The notes under the pieces were generated by a model. It was not told the DNA's origin, did no database searches, and saw nothing but the letters and a program-made list of their open reading frames with translations. A stretch of 64,000 nucleotides of DNA from an uncultured Verrucomicrobiae bacterium. GTDB taxonomy: Bacteria; Verrucomicrobiota; Verrucomicrobiia; Chthoniobacterales; JAFAMB01. Shown here piece by piece: positions 60,612-64,000 of the stretch; position 1 is the first letter of the stretch, and each line of letters opens with the position of its first letter. Made by a program: the position numbers and the translations under genes. The stretch covers positions 1,184,001 to 1,248,000 of the forward strand of contig CAVXLD010000001.1 in the NCBI GenBank assembly GCA_963762565.1, written 5' to 3'.

Positions 60612-61469
60612 GTGACATATTCAGACCAGCCTATGGGTAACCTTAATGTAGGGGTCGTTGGAACTGGCCTGATTGGCGGATCGATCGCGCTCGCTGGAAC
60701 TCGAGCGGGTTATCGCGTCACTTTCTACGAGCCGAGAAGTGGCGCCATCGAAACCGTCCTCGGCGGAACAGTCAGAGCCGCGAGCCTCGATGAACTGGCG
60801 GGCTCCAGCGATTTAATCTTTATCGCAACGCCGGTTTCTTCGATGCTCTCTGTGGCCGACCGGTTGGCGCCTTTCGTGAGACCGGGCGCGATTGTATCCG
60901 ACGTGGCTAGTGTCAAAGGCCCGATCGTCAAGGGCCTTTCTGAAGTCTTTACTGGTCGGTGTTTATACATACCAAGCCATCCGATGGCCGGCTCGGAAAA
61001 GTCCGGTCTGGAGGCTGCCCGGGTAAGCCTGTTTGAGAATGCGGTCACTATCATTTCTCCAGATCTTTGCCCGGATAAGGGAGCGCTGGAACGCTTGGCC
61101 CACTTCTGGCGAGACGCCGGGAGCATCCCCTTGTTTGTCGATGTGCCAACGCATGATCGGCTGGTTGCGGCAGTGAGCCATTTGCCGCACCTACTAGCAG
61201 CAGTTCTAATGATGCATGCCGCGGAATTTGCCCCCGAAGGCCTCAGCTTCGTTGGAAACGGTTTTCGAGACTCAACCCGGATCGCCGGGGGTTCACCTGA
61301 GCTTTGGACAGAGATCCTTCTTGCTAATCGGACTGATCTGCTTACCAATCTGTATCGCTTTCGAGACGTGCTCGACGAGACCATTCGAGTCTTGGAAGCG
61401 AATGATGTGAAAAGCTTGCAAGCTTTTCTAGATGCGGCGAAGAGAAGCCGCGACAGATTAGCTGGTTAG
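60612..61469 (+). CDS. tyrA: Prephenate/arogenate dehydrogenase
   Basis: GTGLIGGS, DVASVK, HPMAGSEKSG, HD...A.VSHLPH, GFRDSTRIA. Confidence 0.93.
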   Translation: MTYSDQPMGNLNVGVVGTGLIGGSIALAGTRAGYRVTFYEPRSGAIETVLGGTVRAASLDELAGSSDLIFIATPVSSMLSVADRLAPFVRPGAIVSDVASVKGPIVKGLSEVFTGRCLYIPSHPMAGSEKSGLEAARVSLFENAVTIISPDLCPDKGALERLAHFWRDAGSIPLFVDVPTHDRLVAAVSHLPHLLAAVLMMHAAEFAPEGLSFVGNGFRDSTRIAGGSPELWTEILLANRTDLLTNLYRFRDVLDETIRVLEANDVKSLQAFLDAAKRSRDRLAG

Positions 61470-61477
61470 AACAATTT

Positions 61478-62833
61478 ATGGCCGAATTACGCGTAGCTCG
61501 AGCTCCCCATATAGAGTCGGAGATTGTAGTACCCGGAGACAAAAGTATCTCCCATCGAGCTGTTATTCTGGCTGCGCTGTCGAACGGGAGCTGCACGATC
61601 CAAGGCTTTCTTCCGAGTCAAGATTGTCGATGCACAGTGGAGGCAATGCGAATGCTGGGCATTGCGATCGACCAGCCAGATGACACAACTCTGGTTATTC
61701 ACGGCCAGAGAGGCCATTTCCGAGCCCCTAGCGGCCCCCTGGATTGCGGGAATTCAGGTACTCTGATGCGACTGCTTTGTGGGCTCTTAGCCAGCCAACC
61801 ATTCGACTCTGAACTGATCGGAGATGCTTCTCTGTCTTCTCGCCCAATGAACCGGGTGATCGAGCCGCTGAGCAAGATGGGCGCGGTAATTGAAGCCACC
61901 GGACCGAACGGGACGGCTCCCCTGAAAATCAAGGGCCAGAAATTGGAGGCTATCCGGTACGAACTTCCCGTAGCCAGTGCCCAAGTAAAGAGCGCGATCC
62001 TATTGGCTGGGCTGCAAACGCCTGGCAAAACCACGGTGGTCGAGCCGGTCCTGTTGCGCGACCACACCGAGCGGATGATGGATTATTTTCTAATCAAGAC
62101 CACACGAGAACCAGTTAATTCCGGGTACTCCATCTCCGTCTACGGAGAACAGGTGGCCGAATCCCGAGATTTCGTGGTTCCCGGCGATATTTCTAGCGCG
62201 GCGTTTTGGCTGGTGGCTGCTGCCGCTCAAGAAGGATCAAATCTGTTGATCCGAGACGTGGGGCTAAACGAGACGCGAAGTGGGATTTTGTCGGTGCTGC
62301 TCAGGATGGGCGCTCACGTTCGAGAAGTTGTACAAGATACCGAACATGGTGAACCCCGCGGCGAAATCCGCATCGAAGGGACTCGTTTGCATGGTACGGT
62401 GATCGCAGGCAACGAGATTCCAAACGTTATCGATGAAATACCGATTTTGGCGGTTGCGGCTTCGTTAGCACAAGGGAAAACGCTGATACGGGATGCACAC
62501 GAACTCCGAGTTAAAGAAACGGACCGTTTAACTGCCATCGCCGCAAATCTGACCACGATGGGCGTGGACGTGGTAGAGTTTCAGGATGGTTTGGAGATCA
62601 ACGGAGGAGCTCCTCTAATGAACGGGCGGCTCAAGAGTTTTGGGGATCATCGCATCGCGATGGCGTTCGCTATCGCTGGCCTTTTTGCCGACGGCGAAAC
62701 CGTCATCGAAGACGCGGAATGCATTCACACCTCATACCCTGGCTTCGAAAATCACTTGAACGATTTGCTTTTTCCTAACGATGATCGAACCACTCCCGTC
62801 ATCAACCCGGCTGGAGCACTAGACAAGCATTGA
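61478..62833 (+). CDS. aroA: 3-phosphoshikimate 1-carboxyvinyltransferase (EPSP synthase)
   Basis: PGDKSISHR, CGNSGT, SAQVKS, RDHTE, ELRVKETDR, DHRIAM. Confidence 0.97.
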   Translation: MAELRVARAPHIESEIVVPGDKSISHRAVILAALSNGSCTIQGFLPSQDCRCTVEAMRMLGIAIDQPDDTTLVIHGQRGHFRAPSGPLDCGNSGTLMRLLCGLLASQPFDSELIGDASLSSRPMNRVIEPLSKMGAVIEATGPNGTAPLKIKGQKLEAIRYELPVASAQVKSAILLAGLQTPGKTTVVEPVLLRDHTERMMDYFLIKTTREPVNSGYSISVYGEQVAESRDFVVPGDISSAAFWLVAAAAQEGSNLLIRDVGLNETRSGILSVLLRMGAHVREVVQDTEHGEPRGEIRIEGTRLHGTVIAGNEIPNVIDEIPILAVAASLAQGKTLIRDAHELRVKETDRLTAIAANLTTMGVDVVEFQDGLEINGGAPLMNGRLKSFGDHRIAMAFAIAGLFADGETVIEDAECIHTSYPGFENHLNDLLFPNDDRTTPVINPAGALDKH

Positions 62834-63504
62834 ATGAACCATCCGCATTCTCGCTTATCGCGATCGACGGTCCGGCTGCATCCGGTAAAAGCACGGTCGC
62901 GCGACATCTTGCTAAATTCCTGGGCTTCTCTTTTGTAAACAGCGGAGCCATGTATCGGGCGGTGGCTTGGCTAGCGCACCGCCATAAAATAAATCCTAGC
63001 GATAACGCCGGGGTGTATAAGCAATTGAGTACCGTTTCCGTGGAATTCGGCATTTCCGACAAAGAATCGTACATTTTAATAGACGGGGAAAACCCGGACC
63101 AACATCTGAAAGAAGAAGTGGTCAATCGGACGGTCTCCGCCATCTCCGCCATTCCGGAGGTTCGCGCCTTTCTAATGCCTCATTTGAGAGGATTCGCCCG
63201 GCTGGATAATATTGTGATGGAGGGGCGTGACATCGGTTCGACGGTGTTTCCGGAAACACGGTTTAAGTTTTATATTGATGCCGCGCCGGAAGTGAGAGCG
63301 CGCAGGCGCGCTGCTCAAGGGTTGAAGGACAACCTTGCCCATCGGGATCGGGCAGATTCTTCCCGCCGTTCGTCGCCCTTAGTGATCGCGGACGACGCCG
63401 AGGTCATCGACAGCTCGAGTCTCTCGATCGCTGGGGTGGTCGACGAGGTCCTGCAAAGACTAAGCCAAAAGGGGTTGCCTGCAGCCTCGCAAACCAATCG
63501 ATGA
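62830..63504 (+). CDS. cmk: Cytidylate kinase
   Basis: IAIDGPAASGKST, GAMYRA, MEGRDIG..VFP, RD..DS.R..SPL. Confidence 0.95.
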   Translation: MNEPSAFSLIAIDGPAASGKSTVARHLAKFLGFSFVNSGAMYRAVAWLAHRHKINPSDNAGVYKQLSTVSVEFGISDKESYILIDGENPDQHLKEEVVNRTVSAISAIPEVRAFLMPHLRGFARLDNIVMEGRDIGSTVFPETRFKFYIDAAPEVRARRRAAQGLKDNLAHRDRADSSRRSSPLVIADDAEVIDSSSLSIAGVVDEVLQRLSQKGLPAASQTNR

Positions 63505-64000
63505 CGCCGATCTATCGGATTGGCCATACTCTTTGTACAGCTGTCGCGGAACTCGCGTTTCGGTTGAAGATCTACGGGCGTGAAAATCTAATCGAAGTCG
63601 GTCCAGCGATTTACGCTTCGAACCACGCCAGTTATCTCGATCCGCCTTTGGTGGGGGTTGCTTGTCGCAAAGAGCTCTTCTATTTGGCTCGCAAAACCCT
63701 GTTCGAAAAGCCGGTATTAGGCCCCATACTCCCGAGAATCAACTGTATCCCCGTTGATCGGGATCGAGGCGATGTAGCCGCTGTCAGAGCCCTTCTGCGG
63801 CTGCTAAAGGAAGGAAAACGGGTGGTGGTTTTCCCTGAAGGAACCCGGAGCAAGGACGGTAACTTGCAACCGGCCAGAGCCGGGCTGGGGCTGATTATAG
63901 CCAAATCGTTGGCGCCGGTTGTTCCGGTGCGCGTTTTTGGATCGTACGCAGCGTTGCCTCGATCCGGCGGGGTTCATTTTGTGCCGATCACACTCGTTGT
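63501..64000 (+). CDS. plsC: 1-acyl-sn-glycerol-3-phosphate acyltransferase (partial, runs off the window)
   Basis: Manual translation MTPIYRIG...ASNHASYLDPP...FPEGTRS; ATGA overlap with cmk. Confidence 0.9.
   Translation, partial: MTPIYRIGHTLCTAVAELAFRLKIYGRENLIEVGPAIYASNHASYLDPPLVGVACRKELFYLARKTLFEKPVLGPILPRINCIPVDRDRGDVAAVRALLRLLKEGKRVVVFPEGTRSKDGNLQPARAGLGLIIAKSLAPVVPVRVFGSYAALPRSGGVHFVPITLV

Noticed and set aside
60725..61384. 219-aa antisense ORF, and similar long antisense ORFs over the RND, monooxygenase and BNR genes
   Set aside because: Shadow ORFs opposite well-supported genes, expected at this GC content.

Overview
A 64-kb, moderately GC-rich bacterial chromosomal segment. It probably comes from a soil Verrucomicrobiota (Chthoniobacterales-like) genome, inferred from the Pro-rich lipoprotein family and overall gene content; this is not proven. 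Most of the window is accessory metabolic, transport and regulatory genes. These include SDR, BBE-type FAD oxidase, SurE, Fpg/Nei, GH2, GH63, a debranching enzyme, PNGase A, two tandem RND pumps, PstS/MFS, a phosphoesterase and a SABATH methyltransferase. The window ends in a core tyrA-aroA-cmk-plsC operon. Five things stand out. (1) A SLOG + double-SLATT membrane effector fusion sits directly upstream of a SurE nucleotidase, a candidate nucleotide-sensing conflict/defence module. (2) A 3.27-kb near-identical tandem duplication (14276-20818) cuts a carbonic anhydrase gene at its left edge and ends inside a heptamer repeat at its right edge; the mostly synonymous differences between copies suggest strain haplotypes or a misassembly. 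(3) There is a dense, diverse set of short non-autonomous intergenic elements: REP-like doublets and inverted-arm elements built from 7-nt or 9-nt periodic units, including a three-layer nested element, and some supply stop codons or C-termini to genes. (4) An EamA-SABATH methyltransferase gene pair lies beside a FAD monooxygenase/TetR pair and a CoA ligase. (5) Frameshifts cluster between about 36 and 50.3 kb and look more like sequencing error than biology. I saw no tRNA, rRNA, CRISPR array, transposase or integrase. All family calls come from reading motifs by eye, not from database searches.
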